The notes beneath the pieces were generated by a model. It had not been told where the DNA came from. It saw only the letters and a list, made by a program, of their open reading frames with translations, and did not search any database. Below are positions 1 through 8,438 of a stretch of 64,000 bases of DNA, piece after piece. A program made the position numbers and the translations under genes. The stretch's first letter is position 1. Each line of letters starts with the position of its first letter. The DNA is from an uncultured Spirochaetota bacterium. Lineage in GTDB: Bacteria; Spirochaetota; Spirochaetia; SZUA-6; Fen-1364. The DNA lies in NCBI GenBank assembly GCA_963845535.1, contig CAWJSK010000015.1:128001-192000 (forward strand). The letters run 5' to 3'.

Positions 1-2368
1 GACGCCGCGCGGCGCTGGTCCAGCAGACGAGGAATACGAAGCTCTCCGTTGCCTGCGTGGTCGACCATTCGATCTCAGGCCCTGACGGAATTGACGAGCG
101 CATGGAGACCGACCGTGAGAGCGCCACGTTCCGCATTGAGGCGGGCCGGGAAAAGGCCAGACAATCCGGCTGACCAAATATATTGGCTACTGCACCTCAC
201 GGGAGTGCGCGCCGACGGAGATCCAGGCCCGCGCGGAGGAATCCGTGCGCGCCGCTTCGCAGGCCGGCTTCCAGACGCTCTGCGAGGAGCAAAGAAGCTA
301 CCTCCAGGACTTCTGGGAGCGCTCCGACGTGCGAATCGAGGGAGACGACGCCTTGCAGCAAGGGCTGCGCTTCAACATCTGGAGCCTCCTTCAGGCCGCC
401 GGCCGTGACGGCCGCACGAGCGTGGCGGCGAAAGGCCTGAGCGGCGAAGGCTACGAGGGGCATTACTTCTGGGACACGGAGATCTACGTCCTTCCCTTCT
501 TCGTTTACACGAGCCCCGAGGTGGCGCGGGCGCTCATACGGTACCGGATCAGCCTCCTCGACAAAGCCAGGACTCGCGCGGCGGAGATGAGCCAGCGGGG
601 AGCGCTCTACCCGTGGCGGACCATCGGCGGCGAAGAGACCTCTCCGTACTACCCCGCGGGGACGGCGCAGTACCACATTGACGCGGACATCGTGTACGCC
701 CTGAAGAAGTACGTGGACGCCACCGGCGACCGCCGGATCCTCCGGGAGGGCGGGACAGAGATGGTGTTCGAGACCGCCCGCCTGTGGGCCGACCTGGGGA
801 GCTTCATCCCCGAGGTGAACGGAGACTTCTGCATCAATGAGGTGACCGGTCCAGACGAGTACAGCGCCCTCGTCAACAACAACCTCTACACCAACCTCAT
901 GACTCGGGCCCACCTGGAGTTCGCCGTGCGCCTTTGCGCAGAGCTGACGGAAAGGTCGCCGGACGAATACCGCCGCGTTGCGGAAAAGATTTCCCTGCTT
1001 CCCAAAGAAATCGAGCGCTGGAAAGAGGCGGCCCGGAAGATGCGCATCCCCTATGATCGGGACAAGGGGATCCACGCGCAGGATGACGTATTCCTCTCCC
1101 GCGCGCGCTGGGACTTCGACCGCACGCCGCCGGAGAGCTACCCGCTTCTTCTCCACTATCATCCTCTCGTCATCTACAGGTTCCAGGTGTTGAAGCAGCC
1201 GGACGTGGTGCTTGCCCAGGTGCTGTTGGGGGAGCGTTTCAGCGCGGCGGACAAGAAGCGCAACTTCGACTACTACAACGCCCTGACCACGGGGGACTCT
1301 TCGCTCTCACCGTGCATCCAGAGCGTCGCGGCCGCCGAGCTGGGTTATACGGAGGAAGCGTACCGCTACTTCTCCCGATCCGCCCGCATGGACCTGGACG
1401 ACGTGAACGGAAATGTCTCCGACGGGCTGCACATGGCGGCCATGGCGGGAACGTGGATATCGCTTGTTCAGGGCTTTGCCGGGATGCGGGACAGCGGCGG
1501 GAAGCTCGCCTTTTCCCCCCGACTGCCCGAGCGTTGGAACAGTCTTTCCTTCCGGCTGCTGTACAGGGGCAGCGCGCTCTCTGTGACCGTTACGCATGAG
1601 AAAGCAACGTACGAGGTTCTCGACGGCGAGCCCCTTTCGATTGCTCACAAGGGCCGACGGATCGATCTGCAAAAAGGTTCGGCGGTTTCCGTGGACCTGG
1701 CGCCCTCCCTCGCGTGCGTGATCTTCGACCTGGACGGAGTGCTCGCCTCCACAGCGGAGCTGCACTACCGGGCCTGGAAGCGCCTCAGTGATGAGATGGG
1801 GATCAGCTTCGACAGGAAGGTCAACGAACGGCTCAAGGGAGTGAGCAGGCGCGAGAGCCTCCAGATAATCCTGGATGAAGCCGGAGTGGATTTCCCTGCT
1901 GAAGAAAAGGCGCGGCTTGCGGAGCGGAAGAACGGGTACTACAAGGAGCTGATCGGCGCGGTGACGCCATCCGATCTGCTCCCGGGGATGGCGCAACTTC
2001 TTTCCGACCTCCGCGCGGCGGGGATCAAGCTGGCCGTGGCTTCCGTCAGCCACAACGTCCGTGAGGTGGTGCGCAGCCTCGGCATCGAAGGGATGGTCGA
2101 CCATGTCGTTGACCCGGCCGCCGTGGTCAAAGGGAAGCCTGACCCGGAGATTTTCTTTCGCGCCGCGGAAAAGCTCGGAGTGCCTTTCGAGTGCTGTGCC
2201 GGCGTGGAGGATTCTCAGGCCGGGATCCAGGCGATTGCGGAGGCGCGGATGTTCGCCGTGGGAATCGGGGCTGGCCTTCGGGGGGCGCACTGGCTGCTGA
2301 AAGACACCGCGGCGCTTACGTTCGAGGGCCTTGCGGAAAAGTTCCGCGCATGGAGCCGCGGGCCGTAG
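1..2368 (+). CDS. GH65 disaccharide phosphorylase (kojibiose/maltose/trehalose phosphorylase family) fused to a C-terminal beta-phosphoglucomutase (HAD); 5' partial, apparent frameshift near 150-160
   Basis: GH65 motifs AKGLSGEGYEGHYFWDTE, VTGPDEY, KQPDVV and DSSLS. C-terminal HAD motifs FDLDGV, LKGVSR, GKPDPEIF and GVEDSQAG. Frame 3 is coding-like from 3 to about 160 (AALVQQTRNTKLSVACVVDH), then switches to frame 2 (TIRLTKYIGY) at an A run. Confidence 0.9.
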
Positions 2369-2443
2369 AGGCCGTGGACGCATGGCTCGCGCGAATGAAT
2401 GCCCCGTGGTACAATAGGAGCATCACAAAGGAAGGAAAAAAGC

Positions 2444-2851
2444 ATGGCATTCTTCGAGTGGTCAGATGACCTGAGCGTGAACGTGCAGGAGATTGATGAC
2501 GAGCATCGCATGCTCGTCGGGATGATCAACACGCTGAACGACGCGATGCTCGCGCGCAAGGGCAGGGAGGCGCAGAAGACCACCATCGACGCCATGGTGG
2601 ATTACGCTGCCACCCACTTCGCGCGGGAAGAGCGCTATATGCAGGCGTTTCGCTACCAGGGATACCAGGCGCACCGCGTCGAGCACCAGAAGTTCACGGC
2701 AAAGGCGCTGGATCTCCAGACACGGGCGGACCGCTTCGGCTTCATCCTGACGCTGGAGATCGTGAGCTTCCTCAAGGCGTGGCTGCAGAACCACATCATG
2801 GGGACCGACAAGCGCTACCAGGCGTGCTTCAACGAGCACGGGTTGCGGTGA
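2444..2851 (+). CDS. bacteriohemerythrin
   Basis: WSDDLSVNVQEIDDEH, HFAREE..M, HRVEH and WLQNHIMGTD di-iron ligand pattern; GGAAGGA RBS upstream. Confidence 0.93.
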   Translation: MAFFEWSDDLSVNVQEIDDEHRMLVGMINTLNDAMLARKGREAQKTTIDAMVDYAATHFAREERYMQAFRYQGYQAHRVEHQKFTAKALDLQTRADRFGFILTLEIVSFLKAWLQNHIMGTDKRYQACFNEHGLR

Positions 2852-3318
2852 TGGAAAAGAAGAAGAACATCGCCCTCGTCGCCCACGACAACTGCAAGAA
2901 AGACCTCGTGGAGTGGGTGGGCTGGAACTGGGAGCTCCTCCTGGACCACCAGCTCATCTGCACGGGGACCACCGGCAGGCTCGTGGAGGAGACGCTCGCC
3001 AGCCGCACGCGCGACTCCCTCGAAGGGCCATCCATCGTCAAGCTGAAGTCAGGGCCTTTCGGAGGGGACCAGCAGCTCGGGGCCATGATCGCGGACGGCA
3101 AGGTGGACGTCCTGATTTTTTTCTGGGATCCCATGGAGCCGCAGCCTCATGACGTGGACGTGAAGGCCCTGCTTCGTATCTCGGTCCTCTACAACATCCC
3201 CGCTGCCTGCAACCGTTCCACCGCGGATTTCCTCATCTCTTCAAAGTTGATGGAGGCGCCGTACGAACCGACCACGAGGGACTATACCGAGTACCTCAGC
3301 CGAAAGATTGAATTCTAG
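2851..3318 (+). CDS. mgsA: methylglyoxal synthase
   Basis: IALVAHD..K, TGTTG, SGPFGGDQQLG, FFWDP and PHDVDVKALLR motifs; TGATG overlap with the hemerythrin stop. Confidence 0.96.
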   Translation: MEKKKNIALVAHDNCKKDLVEWVGWNWELLLDHQLICTGTTGRLVEETLASRTRDSLEGPSIVKLKSGPFGGDQQLGAMIADGKVDVLIFFWDPMEPQPHDVDVKALLRISVLYNIPAACNRSTADFLISSKLMEAPYEPTTRDYTEYLSRKIEF

Positions 3319-3342
3319 GGCGATATCTCCTATCTTCTGCGG

Positions 3343-4300
3343 GTGATTCGTCTTCCCTTCGGCGCAAGCCGCTACTACGCCGGGCTTGCGCGTTCCGAGG
3401 ATCCTCGTGAGGATCCCATTGCCGCGCAGTTCGTGCCCCGTGACGAAGAGCTCATCGTTCTTCCCTACGAATCAGCGGACCCCATCGGCGACTCGCGCTA
3501 CCTCGTCGCGGAGAGGCTCGTCCATCACTATCCCGACAGGGCGCTGCTCCTGGTGAGCGACCGGTGCGCCACCTACTGCAGGTACTGCTTCCGCCGCCAC
3601 TTCACCGGCAACGGGGGCGGGCAGATAACTGCCGGAGCAGCTTGAGGAAGCTTGCGGCTATCTTTCCCGAACGCCCTCCGTCCGCGAAGTGCTGCTGTCA
3701 GGCGGGGATCCCTTGATGCTGTCGGACCGAGACCTCGGGCGCGTCATTGACCGCCTTCATCAGGTGGATCCCGCCTACATCTTCCGCGTCTGCACGCGGA
3801 TGCCCGTGGTCCATCCGGCGCGGATCACGGAGGATTTGGCGGGCATGCTGGGGAACGCGGGCTCGGTGTGGGCCGTCATCCACACGAATCATCCGCGGGA
3901 GCTGACGGACGAGTTTCGCCGGGCTGTTCGCCGGCTCATCACGGCTGGCGTGCCCGTCCTGAACCAGTCCGTGCTTCTGCGCGGCGTCAACGACGACGCC
4001 GCAACGCTTGAAGAGCTTTTCCGCGGGCTGGTCAGGGCAGGGGTGAAGCCGTACTACCTTTTCCAGGGAGACTTGGCGGCAGGGACCGCCCACTTTCGGG
4101 TGCCGCTCGAAAAAGGCGTTGCATTGATGAGGGAGCTGAGGGGGCGGCTCTCCGGCATTGCGCTTCCGACGTATGCCGTCGATCTTCCGTCGGGGGGGGG
4201 AAAAGTCCCAATCGAATCATCCCTCCTGCGCACGGAGCAGGATTCGTACGTCCTGCGAGGTCCGGACGGCGGCGAATACAGGTATCCGCGGGAAGCGTGA
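3343..4300 (+). CDS. KamA-family radical SAM protein (lysine 2,3-aminomutase/EpmB-like), frameshifted near 3625-3645
   Basis: CATYCRYCFRR cluster motif in ORF 3343-3645. LLSGGDPL, HTNHPRE, NQSVLLRGVND and DLPSGGGK in ORF 3689-4300, a different frame. Confidence 0.88.
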
Positions 4301-4325
4301 GCCTGCCTTTCCCGCGGCACCCGTT

Positions 4326-4706
4326 TCAAAGCACCGGGTTCAGGTCAGTGACGGCGTCTCCTTCCAGCTCCTCCTGGAAAAAGTCCCGGATGAGAGTGCG
4401 AACCACGGCGAGCCCTTCCTGGCTGATGGACTTGATCTGGAAGCCCATGGCGTAGAAATCCCCGCTTGCATCCTTGCGGCACCACTTGCTCACCGCATCA
4501 AAGCTCAGGTGCCCGCTCTCCATGACGTTGCGGGGCAGGTCCATGCGCACGGAGAGCTCCTTTTTCGGCTTCACCGCCTTCTCCCCGATCAGCATCATCC
4601 CCTCCGGGGTGATGTCCGTCATGTGTCCCATGAGCCTGCCGGTCTTCGCGTCAAAGACACGAAGCCGGTAGATGAGATGGGTGCGCTCTTGTCTCATGGG
4701 TCTCAT
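4326..4706 (-). CDS. PilZ-domain protein
   Basis: RQERTHLIYRLRVFD...GHMTDITPEGMML...V.KWCRKD...FYAMGFQ PilZ pattern; ATG overlaps the upstream stop (ATGA). The canonical RxxxR is not intact (MRQER). Confidence 0.8.
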   Translation of the reverse strand: MRPMRQERTHLIYRLRVFDAKTGRLMGHMTDITPEGMMLIGEKAVKPKKELSVRMDLPRNVMESGHLSFDAVSKWCRKDASGDFYAMGFQIKSISQEGLAVVRTLIRDFFQEELEGDAVTDLNPVL

Positions 4707-6142
4707 GCGCCGCCTCCGCCATGGGATGCTTTTTTGCCCGTTTCCCACGGGATCTTTTTCAGCAGGATCAGGGTCATGTCGTCCTCCTGGTCCACCTGGA
4801 ACGCCCTCACGTCGTCGAGGATCCGTTCCAGCGCTTTCTCCACCGGGAGGTCGGCGCACTGGGCGAAGACCTCCTGGAGCCGCTCCTGGCCGTACATTTC
4901 CCCGGCTGCGTTGGCGCCTTCCGTGACCCCGTCCGTGAAGAACAGGGCCATGTCGTTGTCCGCAATCTCGATCCGTTTGACTTCCATGAACGATTCGATC
5001 TGGTCCGTGATCCCGAGCCATGTCCCCTTGGTCGGGATGGCCGTCACCGACCCGCGGGATGAGCGGTACACCAGCACGTCCTGGTGATGCCCGGCCACAA
5101 TCATGCAGTCGTCCTCCAGCTTGACCACCATCATCGTCATGTAGTGGTTGGACCCCAGCCTGCCAATGTCTTCCTTGATGACGCTGTTCGTGGTGGAGAG
5201 CACCTCCAGGGGCTGCGCCGCCGGGTTGCCCTTGATGACGGTCATGATGCTGGCCTGCGCCATCATCATGATGAGGCCCGAGTCCACGCCGTGGCCTGCC
5301 ACGTCTCCGATTGCCACCCACCGGTCCCCGGCGTCCGTTTCGATGATGTCGTAGTAGTCCCCGCCCACTTCCTTTGCCGGCAGCATGGTGACGGCGCTCT
5401 CGAAGCCCCTGATCCCGCCTTTCCTCTGCGGCAGGAGGGCGGTCTGTATCCTCTTGGCCAGCTCCATCTCCCCCCAGAGCGCGTCACGGGCCTTTTTCAA
5501 CTTCACGAGGAGGGAGAACTCCTTCTCGATGAGGTTATAGCGGACGTGGTTGATGGCCACGGCCAGGACGGCCGTGGAGACCAGGAAGAACAGGTTGTTC
5601 GTCAACCTCGTCTGGTCGAACGGCTTGCCGGCGATCATGTTGAAGGCGACATACATGCCCATGATGAGGATGGCGTTGAAGGCCGTGTGCGTTGCCCGCC
5701 AGGGCATCAAGAGGTTGACGCCGATGACCACCAGGGTCAGCCCCGCGTAGTAGGTGGAATTGAACCCCCCGAGGTCCACGGTCATGAGCGCGATGATCCC
5801 GCCCACTTGCAGGGAAATGAAGTAGCCGTGCAGCCAGGACAGCTTGCTGGGGGGAGTATTTCGCACCACGAGGAACTGGGCCAGCGCAAGCACCGTGGAG
5901 ATGAGACGGTACACGGCGAAGCGTGACAGCAGTCCCGCCGGCATCATGAAGTAGTCGAGGATGAAAAACACGGGGACGAGCACGACGGCAAGCGCGGTCA
6001 GCGTGCGCAGCCAGTCATGCATGATGCCGTTGCGGTAGTCGGCGAAATCGTTTGAATCGATTGCCCTGGCCGTCCACGCCTCCATCTGCTCCCGCCGGCG
6101 GCCGGCCGGCGTGGAGCTCAGGCGCTGGTCACTCCCGGACAT
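4703..6142 (-). CDS. membrane sensor (about 6 TM, PhcS-like) fused to a PP2C/SpoIIE Ser/Thr phosphatase
   Basis: Hydrophobic N-half with GGFNSTYYAGLTLV and NNLFFLVST; then EMELAKRIQTALLP, EVGGDYYD, IGDVAGHG, FFTDGVTE and EDDMT PP2C motifs. Confidence 0.9.
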   Translation of the reverse strand: MSGSDQRLSSTPAGRRREQMEAWTARAIDSNDFADYRNGIMHDWLRTLTALAVVLVPVFFILDYFMMPAGLLSRFAVYRLISTVLALAQFLVVRNTPPSKLSWLHGYFISLQVGGIIALMTVDLGGFNSTYYAGLTLVVIGVNLLMPWRATHTAFNAILIMGMYVAFNMIAGKPFDQTRLTNNLFFLVSTAVLAVAINHVRYNLIEKEFSLLVKLKKARDALWGEMELAKRIQTALLPQRKGGIRGFESAVTMLPAKEVGGDYYDIIETDAGDRWVAIGDVAGHGVDSGLIMMMAQASIMTVIKGNPAAQPLEVLSTTNSVIKEDIGRLGSNHYMTMMVVKLEDDCMIVAGHHQDVLVYRSSRGSVTAIPTKGTWLGITDQIESFMEVKRIEIADNDMALFFTDGVTEGANAAGEMYGQERLQEVFAQCADLPVEKALERILDDVRAFQVDQEDDMTLILLKKIPWETGKKASHGGGGA

Positions 6143-7523
6143 CGCTTGCCTTCCTGACGTGAAGGAGCATCTGGATCCGCGTTGCATCGTATTCCACGGA
6201 GACCTCCGCGCCCGGCAGGTCGGCCACGAGCCGGGTGAAGTCGTCTTCGGTGCGGTAGATGATCTTCCAGTCGTGCCAGTACTCCATGTAGTAGCGGCTG
6301 GGGTTCACGACGTAGAAGTTGCCGATGGCCATCTCACCCCCCGGGGTCAGGAGCTGGTAGAGCTTCTTCAAAACCGCCGTGGCCACGGGGGCGGTGAGGT
6401 AATCGAACAACCCCATGGAATAGATGAAGTGGAACTGTCCCCAGCGTTCCTGGAGGGCGCGGGTGACGAGCATGGTGCGCACCGACTCACGGATGAAATC
6501 CGCCGAGACCTCCGTTTTCAGCGCGGCCTCGATGTCGCTCACCAGCCCCGCCGCCTCGAGAAGGGCCTGCTGGTCCTGGTCGAAAAAGGAGAAATGGATC
6601 CGGGCGCAATCCTTGGGCGTCCGCAGGATGTCGCGGACCTCGAAGGCCGGCCCGCACGCCACCGACAGGACCCGCAGCTTCTCCGATTTCGGCAAGGGAG
6701 ACTTTTCGATGAAGCGGTGCAGTAAGCCGGCCACTTCCTGGCGCCGGTTGCGCACGGCTTGGGCCGCATCCTGGTCCACGGAGAACTTGTGCATGACCTT
6801 GCCGAACAGCGAATCCCCCTGGAAGCTGTCCAGGTAGATCATGCGCATCATCTCGGAGTCCCCGTTGTACCCCCGCGGCTTGAGGTTCGTTCGGGCCATG
6901 ATGGGGGCGCGCAGGAGGATGTTCCAGAGCTGGCGGCGGAAGTAGAACCCGTGATGTTCGTGCTCTTTTTCGCTGAAACCGCTGACCACGCGGTCGAGCT
7001 GCGTGATCTGCTTCGCCATGTAGTCGGTCAGTTCCTTCCCCACGCTCTCGACGATGCTCTGCTGGATGATCTCCCGGACTTCAGGGGGCTCGTTCACGCA
7101 GTCAGTGTCTATCTGGTCGAGGACGTTGATGTAGACGTTCAGGTCGTAGGTCAGGTCCGAGACGAAGTTGCGGAACGCCGGATCAATGCTGTTCTTGTAG
7201 CCGAAGATGAGGGGAAGGTTTGCGGAGGCGGACTGCAGCGTCTCGATCTTGGCATGAAAGAAGAGCTTCTCGAAGTCATGCGTCTTCCCCACGGCCACGA
7301 GCCGGCGTGCGCGCTCTCCGTTTTTGCCCGGCAGGACCTGGCACCGCCCGATCTGGATGACCTTGTCGTTGAGGGAGATCTCCAGGTTCTCGATCTCGGG
7401 CCCGTACTGCTCGCCGTTTCCTTCCACCCAGACCGAGTACCGTGACGCGTAGGCGGCCTGCACGGTGACCTTTTTCCGTCCGGCTGTCAGCACGCCTTGA
7501 AGAACGGGGGGTTGGGTCGCCAT
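6129..7523 (-). CDS. class I SAM-dependent methyltransferase, PhcB-like (3-hydroxy fatty acid methyl ester signal synthase family)
   Basis: KPRGYNGDSEMMRMIY, AQAVRNRR, VLSVACGPA, FIYSMGLFDYL, LTPGGEMAIGNF and NPSRYYMEYWHDWKIIYR. I recognise this motif set from PhcB-type methyltransferases (from memory, not searched). Confidence 0.8.
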   Translation of the reverse strand: MATQPPVLQGVLTAGRKKVTVQAAYASRYSVWVEGNGEQYGPEIENLEISLNDKVIQIGRCQVLPGKNGERARRLVAVGKTHDFEKLFFHAKIETLQSASANLPLIFGYKNSIDPAFRNFVSDLTYDLNVYINVLDQIDTDCVNEPPEVREIIQQSIVESVGKELTDYMAKQITQLDRVVSGFSEKEHEHHGFYFRRQLWNILLRAPIMARTNLKPRGYNGDSEMMRMIYLDSFQGDSLFGKVMHKFSVDQDAAQAVRNRRQEVAGLLHRFIEKSPLPKSEKLRVLSVACGPAFEVRDILRTPKDCARIHFSFFDQDQQALLEAAGLVSDIEAALKTEVSADFIRESVRTMLVTRALQERWGQFHFIYSMGLFDYLTAPVATAVLKKLYQLLTPGGEMAIGNFYVVNPSRYYMEYWHDWKIIYRTEDDFTRLVADLPGAEVSVEYDATRIQMLLHVRKASDVRE

Positions 7524-7529
7524 GGCCCG

Positions 7530-7904
7530 TCAATCCGTCCCCTCGATGACGATCCTGCCATCAGGGGTCTGGAAGATGACCAGCGCGGAGAACGAGAGGT
7601 CCTGCCATTTCAGGGACTTTCGGTATTCCACGGTGATCTGCCCCTCGCCGACGCGCGCCCTTTCCAGGATCTTGATCACCGGCGTCAGCGTCGAGGAGTT
7701 CATGTAGGACAGGTCGCGGAAGTTCATGACGACGCGCTTCCTCGCCGGGATGGCCTCCCCGAGGGTCCGCAGGAGGATGGGCATGACGAACTCGTTGGGA
7801 TCCCGCAGGATGCTCTTGCCGAGGAAGTGGACCGTGATGGTCCGTTCCTCGTCCGCGATGTCAATGGTCAACTGGTTATTCGTGAATGTCTGTACTTTCG
7901 CCAT
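7530..7904 (-). CDS. SiaC/STAS-like partner-switch phospho-acceptor protein
   Basis: 124 aa; GKSILRDPNEFVMPIL...MNFRDLSYMNSSTL resembles the DUF1987/SiaC and STAS pattern L.Y.N[ST]SS; GGAGG RBS. Confidence 0.65.
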   Translation of the reverse strand: MAKVQTFTNNQLTIDIADEERTITVHFLGKSILRDPNEFVMPILLRTLGEAIPARKRVVMNFRDLSYMNSSTLTPVIKILERARVGEGQITVEYRKSLKWQDLSFSALVIFQTPDGRIVIEGTD

Positions 7905-7922
7905 GGGGCTCCTCCACAGTGT

Positions 7923-8411
7923 TTATTCCAGTGTCGAGACCGCCGAGACGCTGAGCGTGTCGTTCTCGTCCAGGTAGAAGTCGAGCATCGCCTGGCCCTC
8001 GTACGTGATGCGCACGAGGCCGAGGCCGCTCTTGTCGATGTCCAGCGGTTCTCGGGAAATCGCTTTCATGCGGGCGATATAGGCCTCGAACGGGGCCTGG
8101 AACCCGCGGACCCACTGAATGGTGCGATCCAGCTCGCTCAGATACGTCTGGGTATAGTTGCTGATGGGGTTGGTGACGAGGACCGAGATCGTGCTGCCGG
8201 CAATCCACACGCGCACGTTCACCATGTCGCTCGCGTCGTTGAAATGCCCGTACTTGATTCCGTTCTCCACGAGCTCGCAGACGACCATGGTGTACTTGTC
8301 CACGCCTTCCGTCGGCAGGCCGCAGCCCGCCAGGAACTCGCCCACCGCCTGGTTGACCCTTCCCACCTCGGCCCAGTCGGAGACAACACGAAGCTCGAGC
8401 TCGGGACCCAT
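7923..8411 (-). CDS. GHKL/HATPase Ser/Thr kinase (SiaB/anti-sigma-factor-like)
   Basis: N-box ELVENGIKYG and G-box SGLGLVRI separated by a helical insert; GGAGGAAG RBS before ATG 8411. Confidence 0.8.
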   Translation of the reverse strand: MGPELELRVVSDWAEVGRVNQAVGEFLAGCGLPTEGVDKYTMVVCELVENGIKYGHFNDASDMVNVRVWIAGSTISVLVTNPISNYTQTYLSELDRTIQWVRGFQAPFEAYIARMKAISREPLDIDKSGLGLVRITYEGQAMLDFYLDENDTLSVSAVSTLE

Positions 8412-8438
8412 ACTTCCTCCCACCGTCTCACTCTTTGG

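Noticed and set aside
3643..3645. Selenocysteine or readthrough TGA in the KamA-like gene
   Set aside because: The downstream half is in a different frame, so readthrough would not join the halves.
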